Origin: Phycisphaerae bacterium
GTDB lineage: Bacteria; Planctomycetota; Phycisphaerae; UBA1845; Fen-1342
Assembly (NCBI GenBank): GCA_963675745.2
Contig: CAXXWX010000026.1
Location: 96,001 to 160,000, forward strand
DNA: 64,000 bases
Direction of reading: 5' to 3'
This document shows positions 31,798 to 44,400 of this stretch, one piece after another. Position 1 is the first letter of the stretch. Each line of letters begins with the position of its first letter. The notes under the pieces were generated by a model. The model was given only the letters and a program-made list of their open reading frames with translations. It searched no databases and was not told the origin of the DNA. The position numbers were made by a program, and so were the translations under genes.

Positions 31798-33813
31798 ATG
31801 ACGGACGCGCCCGCCGAGACCCTCTGCACGAACACCATTCGCACGCTGGTGATGGACGCCGTCCAAAAGGCGAACTCGGGCCACCCGGGAGCGGCCATGG
31901 CGCTGGCGCCGCTCGCCCACCTGCTCTATGGGAAGTACCTGCGGTATAACCCGGCCAACGCCGCCTTTCCCAATCGGGACCGCTTCGTGCTGTCGGCCGG
32001 TCACGCCTCGATGCTGCTATACGCCACGCTACACCTGAGCGGCTACGACGTCTCGCTGGACGACATCAGGCAGTTTCGTCAACTCGACAGCCGTACGCCC
32101 GGTCATCCCGAGTTCGGCCACCTGCCCGGCGTCGAAACGACCACCGGCCCACTGGGCCAGGGAGCGGCCACCAGTGTCGGCATGGCGGTCGCACAAAAGT
32201 GGCTCGCGAGCCGCTTCAACCAGCCGGGACACGCCATCGTCGACTATCGTGTGTACGCCGTGCTCGGCGACGGGTGCATGATGGAGGGTGTGGCGTCGGA
32301 GGCGGCTTCGTGGGCGGGGCATCTGGGGCTCGACAACCTTATCTGGTTCTACGACAGCAACAAGATCACAATCGAAGGCGGGACCGACCTGACGTTCAGC
32401 GAGGACGTCGGCAAGCGCTTCGAAGCCTACGGCTGGCGCGTTCAGCAGGTCGCCGATATCGAAGACCGCGCCGCCCTCTGCAAGGCGATTGAGACTGCGC
32501 AAGCCGGCCGCGGGCAGCCGAATCTCATCATCGTCCGCAGCATCATCGCGCGCGGCGCGCCCACTAAACAAAACACGGCCAAGGCTCACGGCGAACCGCT
32601 CGGCGACGAGGAAATCCGCGGCGCCAAGGCGTTTTACGGCTGGCCTTACGACGAGCCTTTTCAGGTTCCGGACGAAGTGCGCACGGCTTGGACCGAGGCG
32701 TCCCGGGCGCACGGGGCGGAGATTGAAGCGAACTGGAACAAGGCGTTTGCGGCATACGAGGCGGCCTTCCCGCAACTGGCCGAGGAATGGCGACTGATTC
32801 AGCAGCGCGGCCTGCCAAAGGGCTGGGATGCCGATTGGCCCGTATTCGCGCCGGACGCCAAGGGGCTGGCTTCGCGCGCGTCGGGTGGCAAAGTGCTGGT
32901 CGCCGCCGCCAAGCGCATTCCGTGGCTGCTCGGCGGCTCCGCCGACCTGGCGCCTTCGACCAAAACGCTGCTCGAGGACACCGTCGATCACCAGGCGGCG
33001 ACGCCCGAAGGTCGCAACATGCGCTTCGGCATCCGCGAGCATGCGATGGCGGCCGCCTGCAACGGCATGGCCCTGTCGGGTCTGCGGCCGTTCGGCGCCA
33101 GCTTCCTCGTCTTTGCCGACTACGCCAGGCCTGCGATCCGTCTCGCCGCGCTTATGCAACAGCCGGTCATCTACGTCTTTACGCACGACAGCGTCGGCGT
33201 CGGGGAGGACGGCCCGACGCATCAGCCGGTCGAACACCTGGCGTCGCTGCGGGCTATTCCCGGTCTCGACGTATTCCGGCCCGGCGACGCAAACGAAGTC
33301 GCGCTGGCCTGGAAGCACGCCATCCAGACGACCGATCGGCCCGTGTTGCTCGCCCTGAGCCGGCAGAGCCTGCCGACGCTCGACCGCGGCAAGTACGCGT
33401 CGGCGGACGGCGTGCTCCGAGGTGGATACGTCGTCGCGGACTGCGATCAGACGCCGGACATCATCCTGATCGGCACCGGCTCCGAGTTGCAGCATTGCAT
33501 CGCAGCGGCCGAGACGCTGGCGGCCGAGGGTGTGGCGGTGCGCGTTGTATCGCTGCCTTGCTGGGAGCTGTTCGACCGACAGGATGAGGCCTACCGCGCG
33601 TCGGTGCTGCCGCCGGCGGTAACCGCCCGCGTCGCGATCGAAGCGGGCGTCGCGCAAGGCTGGGAGAAGTACGTCGGAAGAGATGGGGCGATCATCGCGA
33701 TGTCATCGTTCGGACTGTCTGCCCCCGCCGGCCAGGTAATGCAGCGTTTTGGCCTGACTGCTGAGGGCGTGGTGGCCGCGGCCAGGAAACAACTGGCCCG
33801 AACGCCTCACTGA
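31798..33813 (+). CDS. tkt: Transketolase
   Basis: SGHPG, RDRFVLSAGH, GHPE, TTGPLGQG, GDGCMMEG, GEDGPTHQP. Confidence 0.96.
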   Translation: MTDAPAETLCTNTIRTLVMDAVQKANSGHPGAAMALAPLAHLLYGKYLRYNPANAAFPNRDRFVLSAGHASMLLYATLHLSGYDVSLDDIRQFRQLDSRTPGHPEFGHLPGVETTTGPLGQGAATSVGMAVAQKWLASRFNQPGHAIVDYRVYAVLGDGCMMEGVASEAASWAGHLGLDNLIWFYDSNKITIEGGTDLTFSEDVGKRFEAYGWRVQQVADIEDRAALCKAIETAQAGRGQPNLIIVRSIIARGAPTKQNTAKAHGEPLGDEEIRGAKAFYGWPYDEPFQVPDEVRTAWTEASRAHGAEIEANWNKAFAAYEAAFPQLAEEWRLIQQRGLPKGWDADWPVFAPDAKGLASRASGGKVLVAAAKRIPWLLGGSADLAPSTKTLLEDTVDHQAATPEGRNMRFGIREHAMAAACNGMALSGLRPFGASFLVFADYARPAIRLAALMQQPVIYVFTHDSVGVGEDGPTHQPVEHLASLRAIPGLDVFRPGDANEVALAWKHAIQTTDRPVLLALSRQSLPTLDRGKYASADGVLRGGYVVADCDQTPDIILIGTGSELQHCIAAAETLAAEGVAVRVVSLPCWELFDRQDEAYRASVLPPAVTARVAIEAGVAQGWEKYVGRDGAIIAMSSFGLSAPAGQVMQRFGLTAEGVVAAARKQLARTPH

Positions 33814-33879
33814 CGGCCTTCCATCTCGCAGAACCACGCGCTTATCACGGCACACGTGGAGCGCCACACGTACGACACA

Positions 33880-36477
33880 TCAACGAAGCTTGGGACCGGC
33901 CCGCCGAGTGGTGGCTGTTCGCGGCGTGCCGGTTTCGGCCCGCGCTGTGCCGGACTCGACGCACTCCAGTTTGGCCCAGAAGCCGGCGTAAGGCGGGCTT
34001 TCGCCGGTGAAGATTTGTCCACATCCCCACGGGGCCTCGTCCGATCCGAACAAGTCGGCCGTGTAGCCCGTTTCCGCGGAACCGGCCACGATCCACCCAG
34101 CCTGAGCCGTCGAGAATGACACAACCATCCACACCGAGTCAGGTATGGTAGCCGGAGCGGCGGCCAGATCGGCCGTCAGAACATACACGTACTCATCGTC
34201 AGGGATACCATTCCAGGTGAACGTCGTACCGGCGATGATGCTCCCGCCGTTACCGGGACAATCCGTGTACAGGGAGACCGTCGCATCGAACGCCCCCCCG
34301 CCGTTGTTGCCGCCGTACGCCGCCAACTCGTAGGACACCAGTTTGCGGGCTCCGAGGCCCGTCAGCGTCATGTCGTCGGCGAGGTCCGCGCCGTTGCCGT
34401 AGAAGCTGGTGATGGGATCGATCTCGTTACTGTAGCGGCCGAAGGGACAGATGACGGCGGCGCAGGTGTCGCCGTCTCCGTGGTACTCACCGCCGGCGGC
34501 CACGCAAGCGGCCTCGGTCACCTCCGTGCAGACGCCGTCGGCATCACAGCAGGCTCCAGTAAAGGTCGTCGCGGTATCGAACGCCGGCTGGAACTGAGCG
34601 AAGTCGTGCACATCCACGTCCCCGTCGGGCTCGAAATCGCCGCACGCGCAACCCGGCAACAAACCGCCGCCCGGTCCGGCCAGACACGCCGTAAGCTCCA
34701 CGAAGTCCCCCACATCGATCGCCGCGTCTCCATTCCAGTCACCGGTGATACGCTCGCTGACCAACACGTTGTCCGCGCTCTCACAGCCGCCGTCGCAGGA
34801 GGCGTGCAGCGTATAGGTGCCCGCGGCGTCCACCGTGGGGGTAAGTGTGTCCGCGCCGGAAACGATGTTCCCACCGGCGGACGTCGTCCAGGAAATGCTG
34901 AGGCTGCCGGCACATCCGGCGGCGCTGCCGTTCAACTGCAACGGGCCACCTTCGCAAGGCAGGCTCGTAGTAGCGCCGGCGTCAACGGCCGGGCCGGAAT
35001 CGTCCAGGGCCACGATCACGCTGTCTATCGCAGCGCATGCGCCACATGAGGTGGTCAGGAAATACTGCCCGGGAGCACTCACCGTAGGCGAAAACGTGTC
35101 CGCTCCGGACACCACGCACAACCCGGACCATGAAGGGGAATGGTCGCCGGGGCAACTGCCGCCGCTGCCGCCACTGGCGTTACCCTCCAGCACAGCGGTC
35201 CCATCGGGACACAGCGTCTTGTCGGGGCCGGCGTCGGCCGAGGGTGCGGTGCAGGTGGGGCATCCGTTGTCGAGCACCAGCAGCAGGTCGTCGAACGCCG
35301 CGCCGTTGGCGGACGACGATCCGGACGAGAACTTGAGACGCACGTCGGCTAATCCCACGAAGTCGCCCAGGTCCAGGCACTCGGCGACACAACCGCCGGC
35401 AAAGCTGAAAGGCGCGTTCCAGACGGTCGAGAATGACCCGCCGCCGTCGATGCTGATTTCGATTCGCGGGCCCAGGCTGCCGCCGGTCTTGGTGTACGCG
35501 AAGTTCAGCGACGCCGCCGCGGCTGTGCTCAGGTCCAGACACGTGGTGGTCGCGGCCGAATACGGGTAACCGGTATTGAAGCTCATCGCGTAGTCGCCGG
35601 AGCCGCCGCAAGCCGTCCCGGATGTGATCCACGGCCCGTAGCCTTCACAGGTCTCAAACTTCGCGGGCCAGAGATCGCACACGGAACCGGACTGGAAGTA
35701 GTTGCCGAAGTCGGCGTTGAACTCGGTAGCACAACCGCCGCCGCCGCACGTGCCGCAGCCGAAACTGTCCACTTCGGCGACACACTGCGCATCCCACTCT
35801 ATCTCGCAGCAGTAGGCATCCTGCGCGCACACGCACGCTTCGACAACGGGGTCATCGCACCCGGGTCCGCCGATCTCGCAACATCCGTGGTCCGGCTGCG
35901 TGCCGGCACAATCGCACGTCTCCAGCGACACGCGCACGTTGTCGAGGAAGAACGCGTTGGTGCTGGGTAGCCCGTGGTCGAACTTCCAGTACACAGAGCG
36001 CTCTCCCTCAGACAACGTCACAACATGCTCCGCCGAGTAACACACGCCGTCAGGGAGATCGAGGCTGCCCGCGTAGTTGTCAATGGACGCCGAGCAGTTC
36101 AAAGTGGTGTCGGGGGAAGTGGCATACTTCAGCACCGTCCCGGTGGTGGCGAACTCCCCGAAGTCGAACTCCAGCTTGACCGCGGTGCAGCCGGCCCAGC
36201 CAACGTGGACCCAGATGATCGGGTCGTGAGAGGAGGAATTCAGGCGATAAGTATTGCCGGTCAAGCATAACTCGCTGCTCGACACGGAGGCGCCGCTCTC
36301 GCACCATTCCACGCGGTAGGTTCCGTTATCGAAATCCACCGGCCCACCGAAGGATGCGAAGCCCTCGAAGTACAACTCACAGAACTGCCCCAACGCGCTG
36401 CCCGAGCACAGCAACAGAAGAGCCAGCGCGGTCGCGGTGCGCAGTTGTGCGTGACGTCGATGCGTGCAATCCGGCAT
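33880..36477 (-). CDS. Secreted Cys-rich multidomain protein with PKD-like repeats and internal dockerin-like domain
   Basis: Signal peptide; two jelly-roll-like domains; CC...C..D.YCC..WD..C module; ADAGPD/VDAGA repeats; GDWNGD..DVGDF...CLAGP...DGDVDVHDFAQFQ; GACC. Confidence 0.8.
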   Translation of the reverse strand: MPDCTHRRHAQLRTATALALLLLCSGSALGQFCELYFEGFASFGGPVDFDNGTYRVEWCESGASVSSSELCLTGNTYRLNSSSHDPIIWVHVGWAGCTAVKLEFDFGEFATTGTVLKYATSPDTTLNCSASIDNYAGSLDLPDGVCYSAEHVVTLSEGERSVYWKFDHGLPSTNAFFLDNVRVSLETCDCAGTQPDHGCCEIGGPGCDDPVVEACVCAQDAYCCEIEWDAQCVAEVDSFGCGTCGGGGCATEFNADFGNYFQSGSVCDLWPAKFETCEGYGPWITSGTACGGSGDYAMSFNTGYPYSAATTTCLDLSTAAAASLNFAYTKTGGSLGPRIEISIDGGGSFSTVWNAPFSFAGGCVAECLDLGDFVGLADVRLKFSSGSSSANGAAFDDLLLVLDNGCPTCTAPSADAGPDKTLCPDGTAVLEGNASGGSGGSCPGDHSPSWSGLCVVSGADTFSPTVSAPGQYFLTTSCGACAAIDSVIVALDDSGPAVDAGATTSLPCEGGPLQLNGSAAGCAGSLSISWTTSAGGNIVSGADTLTPTVDAAGTYTLHASCDGGCESADNVLVSERITGDWNGDAAIDVGDFVELTACLAGPGGGLLPGCACGDFEPDGDVDVHDFAQFQPAFDTATTFTGACCDADGVCTEVTEAACVAAGGEYHGDGDTCAAVICPFGRYSNEIDPITSFYGNGADLADDMTLTGLGARKLVSYELAAYGGNNGGGAFDATVSLYTDCPGNGGSIIAGTTFTWNGIPDDEYVYVLTADLAAAPATIPDSVWMVVSFSTAQAGWIVAGSAETGYTADLFGSDEAPWGCGQIFTGESPPYAGFWAKLECVESGTARAETGTPRTATTRRAGPKLR

Positions 36478-36870
36478 GGCTTCTTCCTCCGCTTACGCAA
36501 CGGCCTGCTGCGTCATACTCAGGGGTGGAACTCGAATGTCCCAGATACTCAGTATAGCAACCCTCCGGCGGCCGCAGGTTGGAGTCTTGCCAGTGGTGGT
36601 TTAAGCACCTGTCACCACCGGAATTAGCGGCGTATCTCGTGTGTGTTGGGCCGAGGCTTCAACCAGCCGTTTCCACGCCAGTTCTCGACGTCGCCCCGCC
36701 GACTCCCCGCATGGTGTGGGAAACAGAAGGTCCAGGACGACAACAGCGGAGCGCGTGTTCAAAACACGCACTCCGCCGTTGGTCACTCTTCCGCTGTTGC
36801 TCCCGGCACCTGCTACGGTACAAGCGCCAGCCGTGCCGGGGCGGGCATCTTGCGCGTCAGCGCCTCGACA

Positions 36871-39800
36871 TTAGAACTCGATCGTCACGCTGTTTGAGCA
36901 TTGGGTGGCGCTACCTTCCTCGCATACCTCGTAGGTAAACGAGCCGGTAATGTCCTTGCCCAGGCTATCGCGATAGGCACCGTCATTGGTCGTTGTCGCA
37001 ATTAAGGCGCCGTTGCGATATATGTCCACGTTGGCCCCTACCGCGCCGGTCCATTCGAGATCGACCGTCTGCTTCTGGCCCAGCTTAAAGCCCACGCCAG
37101 TGAGCACGATGCCGGGACTGTCGGGCGTCGTTGCGCTGGCGGTGTTCGAGTACGCCGAGTCGCCGAACCCGTTGGTGGCCCGGACGCGATAGAAGTAGGT
37201 CGTCAGCGCGGACAGGCCGCTGTCAGAGTACGTAGTGACGTTCGCCCCAACCGTGTCGATGGTCGCCCAGGACGCACCATCGAGAGAGCGGTCGATCTCA
37301 AACCCGGACTCGTTGTCCGCGTTGTCGGTCCACCCGAGATCGATCTGGTTGTATGCGACCGCCGTCGCTCCCAGGGCGCTCGGGGCCGCCGGCGGGTCGC
37401 CCGGTCCCGTGTCGGAACGAATGAACATGTGATCGACATAGAGACTGTCCAGCACACGGTTGCCGCTGGTCTGGTCGGTGTCAACCACGCGGATGTACAC
37501 GGTGCCGGCGGTTGATGCTGGCAACGTAAAGGACTGGTACGCGCCGTCATCGCTGGTCTTGACCACCGTGACCATGGGGGTGTAGCTCGCATCGTCGGTC
37601 GAATAAGCGAAGATGAAATGGTCACCCTCGCTCGTCGGATCCTGATACGCGTTGAGATAGAACGTAACCGCGGTGCCGCCGGTCACGTTGATGGTCCACT
37701 TATGCTCCAGGTAGCTGTAGCGGTTCTGCGGCTTGCCGCCCGACTCGCGCTCAGTGAGTATCTCGCTCACGCCGTTGTCGGTCTGCGTGTCCACATACGA
37801 ACCGGATACCGAGCCCTGGACCGGCACGTCAGCGTTGGCAACGTCGTCCACATACTCCGGCGTTTCAGCGACCGTCACCGTTAGTTGATCGCTGGCGGTC
37901 AGAGCGCTGTCGTCGGCTTCCAGTTGAAGCACGTAAGTGCCGGCCGTGTCGAACTGCGCGGTCGTGTCCTCCGTGTTAGCGTCGCCGAACGTCACCGTAC
38001 CCGGGCCACTGACCTTGCTCCACGTAACCGTGAATGCCGCCGGCGGATCGGGCAGGCCATCGTCGGTCACCGTTCCGTCGAGATTCGCGGTCTCCTGGAG
38101 CCCGATCGACTGATCCGGACCGGCGTCAACCGTCGGCGCCTGGTTCGGGCCATCAACCGTGATCGTCACATCGTCGCTCGCCGTCAACTCGCTGTCATCG
38201 GCGGTAAGCCGCAAGACATATGTGCCGGCAATGCTGAACGCCGCGTTTGTATCCTCTACGTTGGCGTCACCGAACGTCACCGTGCCCGGGCCGCTGACCT
38301 TGCTCCACGTAACCGTGAATGCAGCCGGCGGGTTGGGCAGACCGTCGTCGGTCACGGTCCCGTCCAGGTTAGCGACGGCCGGCAGCGTTACGCTCTGATC
38401 GACGCCTGCATTAACACTCGGCGGCTGGTTTGTGATTGTGACCGTGATGACCACATCATCACTTGCCGTCAGTTCGCTATCATCGGCCGTGAGCCGCAGG
38501 GTATATGTGCCGGCAGCGCTGAACGAGGCGGTCGTGTCCTCCGCATTGGCGTCGCCGAACGTCACCGTACCCGGGCCACTAACCTTGCTCCACGTAACCG
38601 TGAATGCCGCCGGCGGGTCGGGCAGACCGTCGTCGGTCACCGTCCCGTCGAGATTCGCGGTCTCCTGGAGCCCGCTCGACTGATCCGTACCTGCATCCAC
38701 CGTCGGCGCCTGGTTCGGGCCATCAACCGTGATCGTCACGTCGTCGCTCGCCGTCAACTCGCTGTCATCGGCGGTAAGCCGCAAGACATATGTGCTCGCA
38801 ACGCTGAACGCGGCTGTCGTGTCCTCGGCATTGGCGTCACCGAACGTCACCGTGCCCGGACCACTGACCTTGCTCCAGGTAACCGTAAACGCGGCCGGCG
38901 GGTTGGGCAGACCATCGTCGGTCACCGTGCCATCCAGGCTTGCGACAGCCGGCAGCGTTACGCTTTGATCAACGCCGGCGTTAACGCTGGGCGGCTGGTT
39001 GACCGGCTCACCGGTCAACCTGGGCGCTGCACAGATCGAGAACGCCTGGGGGCCCTGCGGCACGCTGTACCCTGTTACTTGCACTGTCCACGTGCCCGCC
39101 GCCGGGTTGTTCACCAATACCTGCTCGATGTTGTTTACATGATCGGCCTGCGTCTGGACCGCGGGCGAACTCGGGCTGGCCGGGTTGAGCGTCCATGGAT
39201 ACGCCGGGTGACCGAGCGGATCGAGCACCACCAAGTCCAGGTCATTCACGAGGGCCGGGTTGACGTTCGGCGTGCCGGGGTGATCGTCCCAGGCCAAAGT
39301 CACTTTCAGCAGCGACTCGCCGGCGTTTACGGTGATCGGGTAGGTGACCGTTCCGCCCTGGCTCACCTGATTCTCTTCGAACGCGCCGCTGCGCATGAAA
39401 TCGATAGTGTCCTGGACGCGCACCGAGCCATAGCCGTAAACGTAATCCGGCCCGGTGTTACCCAGATCGACGGCTGTATGCGCGAGCAGGATCTTGCATG
39501 TCGAGTTGCGCGGCGCCGGTGCGGATGGGAACTGGGCGTAGTAATCCTCGAGCACCAGCACGAGGCAACCCGTCACGGTTGGAGCGGCCATCGATGTACC
39601 ACACAGCGTGGTGTATGCCGTGTCGCTCGATGAGTAGCATGATGTGACGCCGTAGTCGCTGCTGCTTTGGCAGCCGGGGCCCACGATGTCGGGTTTGAGG
39701 CGTCCATCGTCAACCGGCCCCCAACTGCTGAAACTGGTCATGGTGTCATTGTTCGAATTGATGGCGCCGACGCAGATGTGGTTCTTTGCGCCGGATGGCG

Positions 39801-41025
39801 GAGCGGTGCTGTAGTAATCGCCATAGCCTTCGATGTCGCAGCGGCTGCCCTGTCGCTCGTTGCCGGCGGACCAGACAACGCGGAACGGAGCACCCAGGCT
39901 CCCGCCGACGATGGCGTCGATCAGCGCCGACGTCACGCCGTAGTCGCCCTGGATCGAACACGAGAACCCGTTCGTTTCGGTGTTGGTGCCGATCGAGTTA
40001 TTCGCGATTTCGGCGCCGTATGTGTTGATCGCCTGGTTGTAATCAGATTCGAGATCGCCCGGGTTGCTGTAGAGGAAGATGCCGCTGCCATCGTACTGGA
40101 ACCCGTACGACACCATCGTGACTCCCGGAGCCATCCCCGCATAGGTGCCACCGCTGGCGGCGCCGCTGCCTCCGACGGTGCCCGCGACGTGCGTCGAATG
40201 ATAGTGCGTGCCGGAGCTGTCACGCACGGTCAGCCGTCCGCCGAAATCGTCGTGCGAAGCGCGTGCCGTTCCGCCGTCGTAGATCATCGCGGTAATCCCC
40301 GAGCCATCCAGGCCGTACGGGGCGGCTTGCACCGTGTCCGCTTGCACGCGCGTCCGGTTGTTGTCGTTGGTCACGGTCATATAGGGCAACGGCGGTTCGA
40401 TCCACATCACCGCGTCGGTATCGGCCAGCGCTTCGAGGTTGGCCCGCGGCAGTTCGATCACCAGGCCGTTCAGCGAAGCAATCTCGGATACGATCAGCGC
40501 GCCGTGCTGCTCCGCGATGGCGAGCCCGTCGTCATACAGCGACACGTCACCATGGAACAGCACATATGCCGCTACAAACTCCTCATCGGTGAGCGGATCA
40601 ACGCCGACTGCGAACTCGGGGTATGCGTTATTGAGGATCGCGGGTGCGAGCTTGTGGGCCCGCGCGATGCCCTGTGCGGCGCGCAATGAGGAGACCGCGC
40701 CGATGGCGCCGGCATCGCAATCTTGTCGCAGCGCGGCGAAGAAGGCGTGATCTCCCAGGTAATTCAACAGACTCAATCCGGCGTCTTTGAGTTCGGCGCG
40801 CTCAGCCGGCGTCACGGGACGCTCAAACTCAACGATTACATGCCGTTCAGCCGGTCGTTCGGCGAGCGCGGTCAACGCTTCGTGGACGGCAACCTGCGCT
40901 TGCGGGCCGTTCGCGACCGCCTCGGCTCTCCAATGAACCGCGGCGGGCACAGGGCGCGCGGCTAGAATCACCATCCCGACACCGACTATGCCGGCGAACA
41001 TCACACGATTCACTCTTGCTCCCAT
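36871..41025 (-). CDS. Secreted S8 (subtilisin-like) serine peptidase with four PKD-like repeats and FN3 domain
   Basis: Triad MIYDGG / HSTHVAGT / [43 protein letters not shown] (FN3). Confidence 0.92.
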   Translation of the reverse strand: MGARVNRVMFAGIVGVGMVILAARPVPAAVHWRAEAVANGPQAQVAVHEALTALAERPAERHVIVEFERPVTPAERAELKDAGLSLLNYLGDHAFFAALRQDCDAGAIGAVSSLRAAQGIARAHKLAPAILNNAYPEFAVGVDPLTDEEFVAAYVLFHGDVSLYDDGLAIAEQHGALIVSEIASLNGLVIELPRANLEALADTDAVMWIEPPLPYMTVTNDNNRTRVQADTVQAAPYGLDGSGITAMIYDGGTARASHDDFGGRLTVRDSSGTHYHSTHVAGTVGGSGAASGGTYAGMAPGVTMVSYGFQYDGSGIFLYSNPGDLESDYNQAINTYGAEIANNSIGTNTETNGFSCSIQGDYGVTSALIDAIVGGSLGAPFRVVWSAGNERQGSRCDIEGYGDYYSTAPPSGAKNHICVGAINSNNDTMTSFSSWGPVDDGRLKPDIVGPGCQSSSDYGVTSCYSSSDTAYTTLCGTSMAAPTVTGCLVLVLEDYYAQFPSAPAPRNSTCKILLAHTAVDLGNTGPDYVYGYGSVRVQDTIDFMRSGAFEENQVSQGGTVTYPITVNAGESLLKVTLAWDDHPGTPNVNPALVNDLDLVVLDPLGHPAYPWTLNPASPSSPAVQTQADHVNNIEQVLVNNPAAGTWTVQVTGYSVPQGPQAFSICAAPRLTGEPVNQPPSVNAGVDQSVTLPAVASLDGTVTDDGLPNPPAAFTVTWSKVSGPGTVTFGDANAEDTTAAFSVASTYVLRLTADDSELTASDDVTITVDGPNQAPTVDAGTDQSSGLQETANLDGTVTDDGLPDPPAAFTVTWSKVSGPGTVTFGDANAEDTTASFSAAGTYTLRLTADDSELTASDDVVITVTITNQPPSVNAGVDQSVTLPAVANLDGTVTDDGLPNPPAAFTVTWSKVSGPGTVTFGDANVEDTNAAFSIAGTYVLRLTADDSELTASDDVTITVDGPNQAPTVDAGPDQSIGLQETANLDGTVTDDGLPDPPAAFTVTWSKVSGPGTVTFGDANTEDTTAQFDTAGTYVLQLEADDSALTASDQLTVTVAETPEYVDDVANADVPVQGSVSGSYVDTQTDNGVSEILTERESGGKPQNRYSYLEHKWTINVTGGTAVTFYLNAYQDPTSEGDHFIFAYSTDDASYTPMVTVVKTSDDGAYQSFTLPASTAGTVYIRVVDTDQTSGNRVLDSLYVDHMFIRSDTGPGDPPAAPSALGATAVAYNQIDLGWTDNADNESGFEIDRSLDGASWATIDTVGANVTTYSDSGLSALTTYFYRVRATNGFGDSAYSNTASATTPDSPGIVLTGVGFKLGQKQTVDLEWTGAVGANVDIYRNGALIATTTNDGAYRDSLGKDITGSFTYEVCEEGSATQCSNSVTIEF
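37861..39000 (-). repeat. Four tandem 285-bp PKD-like units in ABAB order
   Basis: Units start at 39000, 38715, 38430 and 38145 (NQPPSV / NQAPTV alternating); near-identical DNA at 570-bp period. Confidence 0.92.
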
Positions 41026-41482
41026 TAGGGTTCTCCTCTCGCGAACGCGTTCTGCCCGCCATCACGCATTGCCCGTGCGTTTGTACGATTGTATCAAGCA
41101 TGTGGTCACAATCGGGCAACAACTAACGACGGTGAAGATTCGGTCGCCGCTGCTGCGCGCAGTCATCTCTGCCGGCACGCGCGCAAGCGAATATGCACCC
41201 CGGGCATAACTTCACTGTAGTGCTTGGTTTACACAGCGCAGCACGCCACTGAGCGACCAACCATGGCCACCGGCCCACGACGGCCACGGTAACCAGATTC
41301 CATCAGGAATAGTGTCTGTTTGATTCGCCCCGTCCTCCGCGACAAAGAAAGGCTGGCGCGATTTGCGTTAGAGCGGGACAACCCTGGCGATATGACGTCT
41401 TGTGAGATGTGATCGAGAGCCTGTATTACTGAACCCGCAACCACCGCGCAGCCATGCACCACACACCGCCGTCCCGTGTACG

Positions 41483-44400
41483 CTAATCCGGATCTCCGTA
41501 CAGCACGAAGGCGGACCAGTAGTATGGGTGTTCGTACGGGTGGACCGCGTCATCCGGTTCCGGCGGTCGTTGATGGGCCACTTCAGTACCGCGCTCTACC
41601 GCCGGCCCACCAACACTCATGGCGAGCGGACCGCTGCTCTGTAGCTCGCGCACCTCGGCTCGTGTCGCACAGCGCAGCCAGTGTTTCGCTTCGCGCAGCG
41701 CTGCGGCTTTCGGCATGGCAGCGCCGGCGTCATACGTGCGACCAGCAACCGCGCGCGGCGTGTCGAAGCGCCCCAGCAGGTTCTCGTAGAACCGCGTCAT
41801 CAGCAGCGCCGTCGCCGTGTCATCAACCTTCCACAGACTCAGCACCAGGCTGCGCGCCCCCGCCGCGAACAGCGCTTGTGAGAATCCCAGAAAGCCCTCA
41901 CCGCCGCCGGCCTTGCCCAACGCGGTCTGACACGCGCTGAGGGTCACCAGATCCGCGTCCAGCTTCCAGTTGCGGGCGATCTGGTCGGCGGTCAGTCGGT
42001 TGTCGTAGACCCGCCGATCTGCCGGCGCTGTCGCGGGAGAATCCGACGGTTCGTCTTGCGCCAGCAGCAGGGCCGAGCGCATCGAGACCTGATCATCCAT
42101 CACGCCATGTGTCGCGAAGTGGAGGACGCGATAGGTCTGCAACTCACCAGAGTTGGACAGTTCCTCGAGTTTGTGCTCGCTGGCGGCGGCGCCCAGGAGA
42201 ATCGTGGGCGGCTCAGTGGCTGGTAGCCCCTCAAACAGCTTCGCGACCGCGGCGACCTCGCGACGTGACGCCGGCAACGGAGCATAAGACTCGCCACGGA
42301 CGGCCAGCGCACGGGCCAAACGGTGTCGGGCGTTGACGGCATCGGCAACCGGCTGCCGGCTTACGCGCAGGCCGACTTTGCCCGGCGCCACCGACAAGGA
42401 TCGCGTCTGGCCGTCGCGCCACACCTGCACCGGCACGCGCGCCGGTGCAACCTCGGTAGCCGCCGCGCTTGCCTGGTCACCGGCGTCGGAATGCTCACCG
42501 GGCGCCGCGCGGCGCTGGGCGGCGGACTTTATCGCCGGTCCAAGGTCACGGGCGGTCGCCAGTTGCTGGCCATCATAGCTGAGGACAACGTCGCCGGCTC
42601 TCAAACCGCCGCGCTCGGCGTTGGAGCCGGGCAGCACGCTGGCAACCAGTACGCCGTACTCCGGCGGCTCGGACTCGGCGTCGGCATGCTTGTCCCGCTG
42701 CGGGAAGGCCGGATCACCCAGAGCTAGCAACGAGCGCCGGCCCTGCTGTTTTCCCGGTTCAGTATCCTGCCGCCGTTTTTCCACCAGCCACGCGTGCATC
42801 GTCCCGGATGGTGCATAGCTGACCGTGTACTCATCCGTCAGCACCTCGATCGGAATAGGGCTCATCACCCCGGCCGGCAGGATGATCAACTGCTTCACCG
42901 GCGGCCTGGCCGCACCACCTGCGAGGTGTGGTTGTATGGGGGCGATCCGCTGCGCGTACACCCGCTGAATGAGCTCTTCACGTGCCGCCGCCGTGCCGCC
43001 GCCCACCTGGCTGAGGGCGTTGCGGAGCTGGGGAAGCAGTTGGCTGTCCGCCTTGGTCCACGCGCCATCTTCACCACTGCCGGGCAGCTTGACCCAGGCG
43101 GGTGTACCCTGATGCCGCACCACGCAGGCCCAGTGCTCGTCGCCGGCGGAGTTGGCAAGGGCCGTGCTGTTAACATCGAGCCAGGCCACCAGGGCCGCGT
43201 CGATGGGAATCTCGCGTTGGATTTGGGACAGCTCGCGGACCTCGCCGGCCGTGGGACCGTGCCGCTCCCGCATCGTGAGGTTGAACCGAATGAGCTCGGC
43301 CTTGAGCGTCTCGCGCTCGCGCTCCAGCGTGTCGAGCAAGGCATCGCGCTCAGACGTTGCGGGCTTGGCGCGCATGACCGCGATGCGCTCATCCAACCGG
43401 CCGAAGCGACCGACCATGTTCTGTTCGGTCTCGCGCTCCGTCTTCGTCAACGGCCGTGCCTGGCGAAAGGCGATTTCGTCGAGCACGCCGCGTGCGAAGT
43501 GCGCCTCCAGGTGTTGAAAGGCAGCCGCCGGACGATCGAGGTACGCTTGAACGGCGGCGAGGGCGGTGAGCGGTGTGCCGCGCAGCTTGGCCCGTTCGAG
43601 ACCGCCGCTGGCGCTGGCGTGCAGGCGCGCCTTTTCAAACAGCTCGGCGGCTTCGATCAGCAGCGTCTCGGCCTCCGCGTACTCGCCGTTGTCCTTCAGC
43701 AGGATCGCCAGGTTCATCAGGCTGCGCACCGTGTCCGTGTGCTCGCGGCGTGCCGATTCGCGGATCACCGCCAGCGCCTCGCGCAGCAAGTGCTCCGCCG
43801 CCTCAGAATCACCTCTGTCGCGTAGCAGGCCGGCCAGGTTATTCAGCGAATACACGACGTCCGGGTGGTCCGGCCCCAACAGCCGGCGTCGCATGGCCAA
43901 CGCCTCTCGGAGCAACGGCTCGGCCGCGTCGTAATCCCCCTTGGCCGCCAGCAGCGACGCCAGGTTGTGCAGAGTGGCGGCTACGTCCGGGTGCTCATCG
44001 CCCAGCAACTTCCGGCGCAACGCCAGCGCTTCGCGGTAGATCGGCTCGGCCGCCTCGTAATCGCCTTTCTGCTTCAGCAACAACGCCAGGCTGGTGAGGC
44101 TGAGCGCCACGTCCGGATGCTCGTCGCCGAGTAAGCGGCGTTTCATCGCCAGCGCCTCGCGATAAAGCTGTTCGGCCGCGGTGTCGTCGCCTCGGACGTG
44201 CAGCACGTACGCCAGGTTGTGCAGACTGCTCGCCACCTCCGGATGATCGTCGCCCAATGCGCGGCGCCGCCCCGCCAGCACCTCGCGCCTGTACGCCTCG
44301 GCTTCGGCGAACCTGCCCATATCGTCCAGCAGTCCGGCCAGATTATTGAGCGAGGTCAACGTGTTTGGATTGTCCTCACCCAGCACGTGTCGACGTCTGT

